Below are positions 53,361 through 64,000 of a stretch of 64,000 bases of DNA, piece by piece. This DNA is from Ophelia neglecta. Taxonomy: Eukaryota. Position 1 is the stretch's first letter. Every line of letters starts with the position of its first letter. Location: NCBI GenBank assembly GCA_965285935.1, contig OZ260661.1, forward strand, positions 34,906,001 through 34,970,000, given 5' to 3'. The notes under the pieces are model-generated. The model was not told the DNA's origin and ran no database searches. It saw only the letters and a list, made by a program, of their open reading frames with translations. Made by a program: the position numbers and the translations under genes.

Positions 53361-54599
53361 GCTCTCTCATTTGCTCCATTTTCATACGTTTTCATGGAAC
53401 TTCCGTCTTTGTATACTTTTAAGTTATGGTAATGCATTTTTCAAATATTAAAATATGGACCTCACAATGTGAAAATCACACGAATTTCTCATGGTTGAGA
53501 TGATGTTTTGCTTTCAGCACGGAAAAGTTAACGTTAATTAGAACGTTGGGAAGGGACGAGATAACATATGAACTAGTTTTGTAAAAAATGGTCAACTTAT
53601 AAATAACGATATGATTCCTATCTTCATGCAAATCTTCATGGCCCCTAGAGTTATCATAACCTCCACCTTCCGGAAAGGTGAGTAGGATACATCGCCAGTC
53701 TCATAATTGTGTACGGACGTTGGTGGTATATTTTGTTAAACATAAAGTGTCAGTGTTCATCTCATGCCAAGACCAATGTGGTGGTGCAAACTTATTTGAC
53801 TTATCCTGATTCAAATTCAAAACTCAAAACGATTTATATTTTTTGTAGAATATCATTTTCCATTCCAACATAAACACAATCTAGATGATTATATATTTGT
53901 GTACTTTAAATTTATGAATGTTTGATTGTGAAATATCAATCCATATTACATTACGTTTACTAATTGCCATTCGCTTTTTAGCCAATAGTCTTTAAGTAGA
54001 AACAAATTATCTAAGTGGTGCTGTTTAGAGGTTTCCCTGGTGAAAAGTTTCAGTTTAGATAATGTTATCTCTTGCCCCAAGCAATGGTCGATGGAAGCCA
54101 TACTTATTTTCGGGCTGTCGTTTTGCCGTTACTCGTTATTGAAGGACCTTCCTGTTGAATTAATTACTTTAAAATGCATGATTGGTTAAATGCCAAAATG
54201 TAGCCACTGTTGGATTCATTTATTAAATTGCGATTCGCCTTATGTATGGCAAGTTTTGATATTGATGTGATTGTCAGGTGTTTAATTTTATGTTGCCCGT
54301 GTAGTGATGCCAGAAGTGTAACACATGCGTCCAAGTTTAGTCAAACGAATATACACATGTACGTAAGGCGTACGAACTATGGAACTATCCCTCGTTGTGT
54401 TAATGAATAGGTTCTTTCGGGTGGTTAATGGAAAGCCTTGCAACAGAAAGTGTGGCATATTTATATGTATGAATTGCCTTTCTGTTTTGTTGCAGTCCTC
54501 TCCAAATGTCATGTACTATTATTACTTTTATATCATGTTGAATATAATGCAGCTATCTTTTTAGCAATTATTAGACACAATATATTAGACGAATATCGG

Positions 54600-54800
54600 C
54601 ATTCTAATGATATTTTCAGAAAAAGCTGTTTAGAGGAATTTGTGTTCAACCAGCCACAAATTACCAGGGGAAGAAGCGTTTTTTGGTCAATTGGACTGTT
54701 CGAAACATTATTATATTTCACTTCAGGCAGTCGTTAAACTAGCAGGTCGCCTGTGTGGACCATCTAAACATCAATTGACCTTTATCACTAACCATTTAAA
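54600..54800 (+). mobile_element. Possible APE C-terminal fossil
   Basis: CLEEFVFNQPQITRG and GPSKHQLTF resemble LxQxVxxPTRG and GxSDH. Weak. Confidence 0.33.
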
Positions 54801-55463
54801 TTGTAACAATAGTCAGTGTTCTGTACTTTAAACTAGTCCTTTTTTAGGAATCCTTTTAGCACAATGTTAAGCAGCATTTTTCTATTTACCTGATTTAATC
54901 GGCTAGTACACCTAGGATCGAGAAGTTGCATAATCTAGTAAGCATAGTCTCTGATGTGCCGTGGCCTATATCTCCTTTTCGGACCATTGGAAATTTCTGC
55001 TGAAAACAAAATGGTTGCTTTTACATTTAACAGATACTGTTCAGGTCATTTATTAGATTTATTATCGATTGACAGGCATCCTAACAGACAGATCTAGGGC
55101 ACTTTCTGCTGCACTGATAGTAGGTCAATGTGTACACCGACCATATAAGACAACCTTCGGTCACCAGGCAGATCACCCTACGAAATTGATCCGGTCTCCT
55201 ACCCATATAAACGTGATCCACGGATGTCTGATTTAGGGATAGCAGGAAAGGTTGACAGCCATCTAAATGAGCTTGAATAGTATACGGCACCAAGAATATT
55301 GTGAATTCATGGAGAACAATCTGTCACGAGGTGACATAACTGCCAACCGGGCATTCTGTATTGCAATATGGGATGTATATGGTCAACTAGTGCAGCTCTC
55401 TTCTGATACTAACGTGAAAAACTCTAATGCCATCTGTTGTTTAGAAATTTTGCATACTAGGGT

Positions 55464-56355
55464 GGGGGCATCCCGCTCTTCCGAAGGTCCGTTGTTCCGA
55501 AGGTCCGTTGTTCCGAAGGTTCGTTGTTCCGAAGGTCTGTTGTTCCGAAGGTCCGTTATTCAGAATATATTATTGCGAAAATATGAAAAAGGCTTTGTTA
55601 GGACAACGTGAACCTTTCTTACTAGACAGAGCAACTACCATCATCAGTGCTTGCTAGGCTACTTTTTCCATTTTATATCTTACTTACCCTTTTATATTCT
55701 GTTTGTGGATTGACGTGTGTGGGCCTATGGCTGTTGGTTTCCGATGATTTCGGACAGATTGAACGGACTGTTCTTGATCAGTGATTTCTCTGTGTCTGCC
55801 AGGTATCCACTCCCGTTTTTCAAGTCCTATACGCCTACTAATATTTTGGAATTTGGTTTTTGTCAAATGAAATGAAATGCTTATAAGCAACATCTTATTT
55901 TTTAGTGTTTAAAGCAAATATTTTGTTCCAGCTGCGTCTACATTCAGGGGTTCTGCATTATTATTTATGAACATATCCCTATTTCCTGCTGCGTAGACTC
56001 TGTAGCAGCCTCCCTCAAGTGTATGGATAAAAACCCCGCCCCTTATATAATAAATGACCAGCGCCTTGTATTGTGTCTACTTCTGTACCAAACTGCATTA
56101 GTTTCGAGTTATCGAAATACCGCTGCTATAGAATTAAATAATTGACGGGATGGACCTCTAAAAATCATGTTGAAATTTAAATTGCTGGCGAATAACATCC
56201 ATTCCCGATCAAAGGGCAAATTTGGCATCTTAGAACACTGCGCAATTAACCTATCGCACCATCGGACCTTCGGAACATAGGACCTTCGGAACATCGGACC
56301 TTCGGAATAACGGACCTTCGGAACATCGGACCTTCGGAATAAAGACCTGCTTCCC
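55464..56355. mobile_element. Non-autonomous foldback-type DNA transposon with subterminal 16-bp tandem repeats and 8-bp TSD
   Basis: Direct repeat ACTAGGGT at 55456-55463 and 56356-56363. Ends are GGG...CCC. Five copies of ~TTCCGAAGGTCCGTTG at about 55479-55560 are mirrored by five inverted copies of ~ATCGGACCTTCGGAAC at 56261-56340. No transposase inside. Superfamily (MULE/Rehavkus, Merlin or other) unresolved. Confidence 0.88.
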
Positions 56356-58109
56356 ACTAGGGTTCTGCTGGCATGAAAGGCGTGATCAATTGTGGAACTG
56401 TGGAATTGCGTTAGAATGTGTGCTGGTGTCAATTTTGAAGCTTCCATACCCTTCAACCAACCCGCCCCAACCACCACCAGAACTTATCACTACCAAACCT
56501 CTCCCCTCTACGGAGTTCAATGCAATGAGACCAGGTGCTTAATATAGAAAGAAAACATTCTCATTTCTTCTATTCTAAAACAGTTTCCTCAGGCGCAATA
56601 ATTTCATTGGCCAGCTCAGTTGCGAAAACGTTATTATTTGGTATCTGTTTCAATTGGGCAATCTTATATTTCCCTTGAAACGTCCTAGGATGGAATTGCC
56701 ATCAGCTACTCTAATAAATGAAAGTTTATGTTGTCACATTATTTGACCCATATTAAATACAATATGATAGTTATGTATCGTAATGAGACTAAGAGTCAAA
56801 CCAGTATAAACTAGTAGTGACGCAATGTAATTTAGATTTTATCTAATTCTCTTCAGAGCATGCGGTAATGATACTGATGAATACATATATTTGCATTCGC
56901 TGACTGGTGTTATGAGCAAACCTCCTCTTTGATGTGTTAATATCGAGACATATTTGTTGGGAAAACGTTTACTTCGTGCTATTTTCTCATCATATACGCA
57001 TCGAGTGATTGGCGCTATCACATTTGATATTCGGATAAAGATTTGCATTGTTGCTCTAACTAATGTCGCCTTGGGCCTTTTACTTTCATCTTGAAATAGA
57101 TGTAATCTTTATTAAGTTATTTGGAAACTATCCAATATAAATGTGTCAAGGTCAATAAGTCCAACCCATACGAGTAATGCACGTCAACACTCTTAGTCCA
57201 ATGGCATGTTAATAGATATGGGCTAGGCAATATGGCGTTGCGATTATCTTAAGCCAGGTTGCATTTTTTTATCATAAAGCGCCAAGACCATAGACTGTCA
57301 AACTGACATGCACGTTTAGAACACAACCGACCAACAAATCCCAGAAATATACTAGTGGTATGATATATATATTGAATATTTTTGCACCAGCTGTAGATCT
57401 TTCAGGTTGACGGGTTAAACTAGCAGAGATGTTCCTCCTGAAGGACCAGCCAGCTGCAACATTCGAAATACCAAACAGACATTTTACAGTTATTTGCTTA
57501 ATATAATTTATTTGATAATAATTTTTATACTAATATTGTGTTTGCATTATTACAACCAACTAGATATTGAAGCACCGTCTATACAAGTGCTTTCTTTCAA
57601 TATGTTAATATGTATTCCACTGCCAGCGGGCTTTCATTTAGCGTTGCGCATTATCAGAACGAGGCGTTTGGTAGATACGCTCCATATCACTAGATTTGCC
57701 TGTTCTGCCATTGTTTTTCCTTACTTTCAATGAAATTGTAAAGTATCGACATGATGGCACAATTGTAAACCACAAAGAAAGGAAGGTTAAATCTGCGCAT
57801 GCTCGCACATCTGTAGGAAGTTAACCCCAACACGAGCTGATTTTATTTAATTATTCTGGATATGCGTATTGTAAACACATGACTGTTCACTATTACATAG
57901 TTTATTTTCATGAGCAACAATAAACAAACAAGTATAATAGCCCAAACAACACATTTATTGTCTTGCTCTATTCTCTTGAAGAGCTTCGATATCTGTCGCA
58001 AATCTTAACTGAGCTCGACGCTTGAAACGGTTTCAGTCCATACAACACTGTGTATAAGTAGATAGTGCATTTTGTCCGCAGAAGTCGGCTTTAAAATCAA
58101 ATATAAATA

Positions 58110-58720
58110 TGTATACCGACCGTTGGAACAATGGAAAATGGCAGTGACGCCGGTGATTTACCTCAAGGTCGGGAATACACAACATCAGTTAAGCTGAAAC
58201 GGTGTCCGGAGTCAAACTGCCTTAGCTCAGACGAATAATTCTAAAAGAACCGCTCATAGGGAGTCGGACTTAACGAGAAATTCGTTAACCAATGAGAAAG
58301 GCAAGTCCAATGTGAATAGGGAAATGTCATAAAGTTCTTAAAAATGTTCAGTAAGATTGTTGCCATGGAAAGAGCCGAATATGAACATGGCGCAGTAAGT
58401 ACCTATTGAAGGAACTTAGTGATAAATATTACCAACTTCGTTCCTTTTCAGTATCAGGTTTTTCTTAGAAATATGGTATTATTTGAACACTGCAAATACT
58501 GTGTGCCGAAAAAGTTTGCTGATATAGATTTTTCCAATAGAAAATGTTTCTGTTTAAGTAGCAGAACTACGATAGCGCTCAATGTTTGATGATGAGCATA
58601 CTTCTGATGATTGTTATTTATCATACATCATTTAAGGCATTCGGAAAGACAATGACAAAATCTTATAACTCTCTACATCCCTCATTGCCATGATATGACA
58701 ATCATGACCAGGGCAGCTGT
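58110..58720 (+). mobile_element. Non-LTR reverse-transcriptase fossil
   Basis: WKMAVTPVIYLKVG (WKxAxVxPIxKKG), KGKS, FLKMFSK (FLDxSKAFD), FSNRK, GIR, and ATTGCC-AT-GATATGACA (xADDMT with a 1-nt deletion, about 58684-58703), in canonical RT order. Confidence 0.58.
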
Positions 58721-60140
58721 ACCCATTGGTTTGCATGTTACCTTACAGTCCTTGCTGAAGTGCTATTTGAACATATTATTCAGACTGTTTAATAATTCTG
58801 CATCGGCTTTAGGAATTTAATCTGCATTATAATATCGTAAATCGTGATTGCAGTTGGTTGTTTTCTGGCTTTAATCATTTTGACTTCCCGCATTTATCTT
58901 TAACAGGTCACATTTCTGTACAGTTATCATTTATCGAGGATAAGGCCTCAATGTAACTATATGCTATTTCCGGAGATAAAGACGCTAAATGTGTCTGGTA
59001 AACTTGACTCGGTCGCAATAGGCGTCAGGTAAAGCACCCTGGCAAGTTATATCGTAGTTTATTTGTTACCCTATATATTAATTGTTATAGAGAGACTTGC
59101 GCCGGAACTGGTCTTTTCTCAGGCGGTTGTTTGCAGTTTCTGGTGATTTGTATCTACATTATGAATGGCAAGAGCTCAAGTATGAAAAAAATGCCAGGAG
59201 TATATGAATATCGGGCCCCCTTTAGGACACATGGACTCAAAACCCTAGGGTGATAAAACTAAAGCGAGGATATATATCCGTATTTTGGAAACAAAAATAA
59301 ATAAATTTCTCAATCGAGAACACATTTAAAACATTTCTAGACCGGCGCACATAAAATACTAGCGTTGCAAGAAAAGGGGGACTTTGGGAAAGATTTTTTT
59401 TGGGGGGGGGGGGCAGACAAGCTTCAACATTGATCAAGAAACATGTAGTAAAAAGGAGGCCAAGGCCACAGGCCAGTACTCACGTTGATAGATATACTGC
59501 TTCAGGTAACCCAGTCACCCTTTCCTGACTATCATCAGAATGATATCTGGAGATTTCCCAGAACAAATCAGTTTGCATATCCCATCGTCTCCAAATTTCC
59601 ATTGAAAGACTAGATCCCGTCAAGCAAGTGAAAAACATTTACTGACAAGTAACTTACTGTGCAGACAGCTTTGGAATTTAATACGTACTTAAGGAGATTG
59701 CTAACAGATACAAAGTGTTTAATATAATCTATTGCAGACCATTATTGTTATAGACATTATTGGTTCGTTTTGCAAACCGATATTACTAGGTATTCTGTCA
59801 ATATATGATTCTAACCATTATTTTAGGACTTTTGGAATGGGTAATTCGGGAAAGCCTATAGTATCATTATTATTGCTTAAGTAATATTTCATCTGTAACT
59901 GACATTCCAATGTGTGGGCTATTTCTGTTTTAAAACAATGTCATGTCGCCATTGCTGGTGTTCAGGAACTGACTGGTTCACTTTAAATGGTTACATAATT
60001 TAAATGTTAACACTGTGGAGACGATTTCATACCCTTTTCCCTTTTAGTGGACCTTTGACATTATTTTGTTCTGTTTCTATCAAGACAATTTCATCTTTAG
60101 TCTCTTAGTCTCGAGGAGCGTACAATAATTGACAATAATC

Positions 60141-60470
60141 GACTCTTCTAGGTAATACTAGACCTAGACTCTTCTAGGGAATACTAGACCTAGACTCTTC
60201 TAGGTCATACTAGACCTAGACTCTTCTATGGAATACTAGACCTAGACTATTCTAGGGAATACCAGACCTAGACTCTTCTATGGAATACTAGACCTAGACT
60301 CTTCTAGGTAATACTAGACCTAGACTCTTCTAGGTAATACTAGACATAGACTCTTCTAGCGAATACTAGACCTAGACTCTTCTAGGGAATACTAGACCTA
60401 GACTCTTCTAGGGAATACCAGACCTAGACTCTTCTAGGGAATACTAGACCTAGACTCTTCTAGGTTATAC
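60141..60470. repeat. 26-bp minisatellite, about 12.7 copies (GACTCTTCTAGGKAATACTAGACCTA)
   Basis: Exact 26-nt periodicity from 60141; the last, partial unit starts at 60453. Only point variants between units, no spacers. Confidence 0.97.
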
Positions 60471-61100
60471 TTCATCTTGGCCTTAGATTAGCCACTGACT
60501 CATTTGTTTTGCGCTCTGTCTCTCAACTTGGAAAACTGCTGACTTCTTCTCATTGCCTGCGGCGCGACAAGTTAGGTAACTGTTTGGGACTTAGGAAATG
60601 TGTGGGTCTGTGGCCGGTTATTTCGGACCGATTTAATGGTCTATTCTGGAAGTATGGTTTTTCCTTCTCTGCCAGCTATCTACTCCAGTTATTATGTTGA
60701 TCATTCGATACCTGACGTTTTTCGCACGCCTTGTCTCGAACAAATTTAGCAAAAAACGGTATAACCTGTTGAATTAGGTTCGTCACAGTAACGAGGGCCG
60801 CAGTCGTAGGGCAGAAGGAAATCTGCGATAGTGGATACAGTTCTTATACTTGAAATGATGAGCCATTGACCGCGTTTTTGCCGGCTTGATTTAGGATGTT
60901 GTGTATCTAGGTACTTGACAGGGACGAGGTGATAAGGGGATAAACACTTAACAGACTTAAACCAGAACGCGGTCTGTTGATGCTTAACGTCCTCAACTCA
61001 AGCGTTCATCATGTTGCTCAACAAACAGTGAACGTTTCAAATGGCTATCTGTCTGCGCTTGGGATGAGTTTGTTGAGATGCAACAAAAAACTGAACACCA
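60471..61100 (-). mobile_element. Penelope-like element fossil (RT thumb, linker and GIY-YIG fragments, internally deleted)
   Basis: Minus-strand motifs occur in the expected order: LHLNKLIPS...FT, INRPRSGL..SVY, KYLDTQHP...KRG, GY, RPLNRSEI, KSAVFQ. Nucleotide homology to the 29.4/30.5 kb and 53.2 kb copies. Confidence 0.68.
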
Positions 61101-63039
61101 TATGGATACAGTCCTTCACTCAAACGGAGGAATGTTCTGTTTGGCTTAAGATATAATAATCAGAATAGGCAATTAAAAGATATACATGCAAATTGTTGTC
61201 ACATGACTTTAAATAACCATTGGTTAAGCAAAGCTATATTTGAATATTTTATGCCTCATCGGAGTTATGTTTAAGCAGACAATACTATTCATCTAGTGAA
61301 GGACTCAAGTTTTGTGTACGTCTTAATGTGTTGACATTGACCATAATAAAATAACCACAAGCTATGCATAACATGAAAGAAAGAAAAAAATAAACGACAA
61401 AAATATCGGGTTTAGTTACCGCTGGTAAGGTGTTTCACTATAACGGACTAGTAACACAACATCATTTCAAACAGCTCTAAATGCTTCAGCGGCCGTATTT
61501 GGTGGCCTATTGCTGCGAAATATCCAACTCCTGGCGAATCAAAATATAACGAGCAATGATCTGTAGAGCGCACGTTTATTGCTGAATGAACATATATACA
61601 CTCAATGTTAACTAAATAATACACTGGTTAGTTCTCACAACAATCGATTGGGTAATCTCAGAGGCTGGTCGTGAAATGATAACAGAACATGATGTAGTTT
61701 GAATCGTATTTTGGTGATTTTCTGGGGTATTAGTTTTTTTTTGCATAATGGATAGATATTTATTTCTTAGCAATATTATAATGAGAAAAGTAACTGGATT
61801 TCTGCGCCTTTTTGGGTTTTTTTTTCAAAGGAATTTTAAATGTTGTGAAGTATGTTTTAATATTGATAGAAAGACTTACATATACAGAACGGTGTAGTAC
61901 AACAATAAAGCAAAGGCGTCCTGCAATATAACCCAAGCTCTCTAGAGAAAATGGCGCTGGAATGAGTACTCCGTGATATCAACATGTCCTGGGGAACTTA
62001 TTGTTTACTATTCTGCCAAAGAATGGAAGGATTTATCAGACGGATAATTGAGCAACGTAATGGCCCACAAGCCATTCCGTCCCCAGGGCTCGCAGTTTAT
62101 TTGGCTTCAAACCTATATATTGAACAAAACAAATCATCCTCTTTCTCCTAAATGCGTTTCGTGCAGTAAGTGTGTACTAGTAGGTTTCCACTCATTTTTA
62201 TTTACCTCAACATTATAAACGATATGTTTATAAAGGCACGTTGCATAAGATTTTGACAACTTTCTGAAAAGGTCATTATCCATCCATTTTACCATAGGTG
62301 CAGATAATCGACATGTAAATATAGTTCGAACTTGCCGGGTAGGTACTACTTCAGAAGTTTAATGTTATATAAATGGGTGACTTATGTTCCTGCAGTCAGA
62401 AATGGCCGTTTTCAAGTCGAAATACGCCCAATATAGCTATGTCCTTTCAATACAACAAGAACTACACATTATATAAACAAAGCGCACATTGCCCATAAAA
62501 GACAATTTTCGGATTCACACATAGTTACAAAACATATTTTTGGATTGTATATTGTTATCATGACAACCAAAACAATAGGGCGAATGTGGAACTAAGAATG
62601 TGGGTTTATATATGAGACATTATATTGACATTCCTTGTAGGAAGTGCAAAACAATTATAACATAAGCTCGACGAGAAAACAGCTAGTTAAGCTAGAAACA
62701 CCACTTTTATCATGAATTCAGGAAACCCTTATGTGTGAATGAAAAATTTCACTGCGACAAAATAAGCTGTCCACATGGTTTAATCAGGACGCACATTACC
62801 ACTGATCGTCACCTGAAAGTGTAACATGAACTTTACTGTAAGTGTCTTGCGACTGTTATCTTGCGACTGTCTCTTATGTAAACAAAGTTATCGCATTCCC
62901 CAGTCGTATAGTCAATGAAGTGATTCCTCAACTTGCATTATATCAAAACCCGGCTTAAATGACAATTACCACTTCTTCGTATTGGGGGTTCCTTTGACAA
63001 ATTGCCTGTTGCTGATAGAGCTTCGTTAGATTAGCGGGG

Positions 63040-63200
63040 AAGCCATATAGAAGCTCTGTGGCTGATCTCTGGCAGAAGTTGGGCCTTAACAGACTGTTAC
63101 AGAATGCCAGCGGACATTGGCACCGTATCTGTGACATTTCAGTCATTACTACGTAGAATGGTGAATCTAGGGACTATTGAAGGGAATAAAAGGCGTTTGC
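63040..63200 (+). mobile_element. Non-LTR RT N-terminal fossil
   Basis: RSSVAD...NRLLQNA/TLAPYL resembles KxxGPD..RLLKECAxxLAPxL. Confidence 0.4.
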
Positions 63201-64000
63201 GTTATTACGATGGACAAACTCCTGCTCCTTCATTTAGACTAACCTAAGGGAAGTATTACACCCTGGATCTATGAAACGCGCCAGTACTACAACCACTACA
63301 ACCTCATGAAATGAACAATTGAATTGCATTCCGCAGATGCAAAATAAACTCGTAATTAAGTTCCTCTGGCCATTTTCCAGGACTTTATGCTATGTGGAAT
63401 TTTTAGTAACTATCCTTTCAATTAGCAATAACGTCGAAGCGATATAGAAGATATTAAAACATCAAGTGACATCTTAAATATTATACTGGATGAAACTTTG
63501 TTTAAATTTTAGACTTATGTTAAGACAACTTCAACATCCCCGATACCACGATACTCTTTTTTTTTAATTTGTTGTTAAAGGGTGATTAAGGGAATCACAT
63601 ATACCATGGCAAAATAATTGACATCTGTCAACAAATAGTAAGGTCACTTGTCTTAACTGTAAATGGAGCAGTTTCTTGCCCTGACCCGTGAGAGGCAGAT
63701 TCCTGGAATCATTGCTGACCGCGATGTGACGCACAGTGATGGGAGGAATTCAAATGATGCACGGCATATTATCTTTTAAGTAGGTTTCTAGACAGAAATT
63801 CTCATCTGTCATTTGTTTCATGTCTTCTATAACCAGTAAACCAGATTTTGATGCATTCCTTTAAGGTTTTACATGTTTCAACGACGGCGTTACTTGTTTT
63901 CGTCTGTTCTAAGTTATTCATGCTACGTTTCCCTAAAGCTCCTAAACCAATCCCTCCGTATAAAGGTTACGAGCAAATTTTTTAGACGTCTGGTTGCCAA

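Noticed and set aside
55267-56477. ORFs 55267..55611 and 56109..56477 with repeated FRRS/SEGP peptides as a repeat-protein pair
   Set aside because: The peptide repeats are translations of the 16-bp subterminal repeats of the foldback element.
60141-60470. CRISPR array
   Set aside because: The units are contiguous 26-mers with no unique spacers, there are no cas genes, and the context is eukaryotic.
1374-63146. Remaining 60-120 aa ORFs in the track as genes
   Set aside because: Their lengths and composition are what random AT-rich DNA yields; many use alternative starts, they show no operon-like packing, and they have no recognisable domains beyond the retroelement relics listed.

Overview
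AT-rich, gene-poor eukaryotic DNA, most likely an animal intergenic region or one very long intron. The repeat content (Penelope-like elements, CR1/L2-type LINEs, a tRNA-derived SINE, poly-G/C MITEs) suggests a marine invertebrate, but that is inference. I found no intact protein-coding gene, rRNA, true tRNA or CRISPR array, and none of the supplied ORFs looks like a real gene. Manual translation across stops and frameshifts shows many decayed retroelements: about 8 Penelope-like (PLE; RT thumb/linker/GIY-YIG) fragments and about 9 non-LTR APE-endonuclease or RT fragments. There are also two structurally intact non-autonomous DNA transposons with target-site duplications (9317-9693, TTA TSD; 55464-56355, 8-bp TSD, foldback-like), a small TA-flanked MITE, a two-copy dispersed repeat carrying RFX X-box-like motifs, a 26-bp minisatellite and an (AT)n microsatellite. 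The best leads are decayed self-cleaving-ribozyme-like motifs tied to retroelement fossils (hammerhead-like at about 18.6, 26.8, 29.1 and 37.2 kb; HDV-like at about 8.6 kb), a minisatellite that appears to have arisen inside a PLE GIY-YIG coding segment, and a divergent pair of PLE copies at 29-30.7 kb. I cannot support a claim of a wholly new multi-gene system. All homology calls are motif recognition by eye and need database confirmation; fossil boundaries are approximate.
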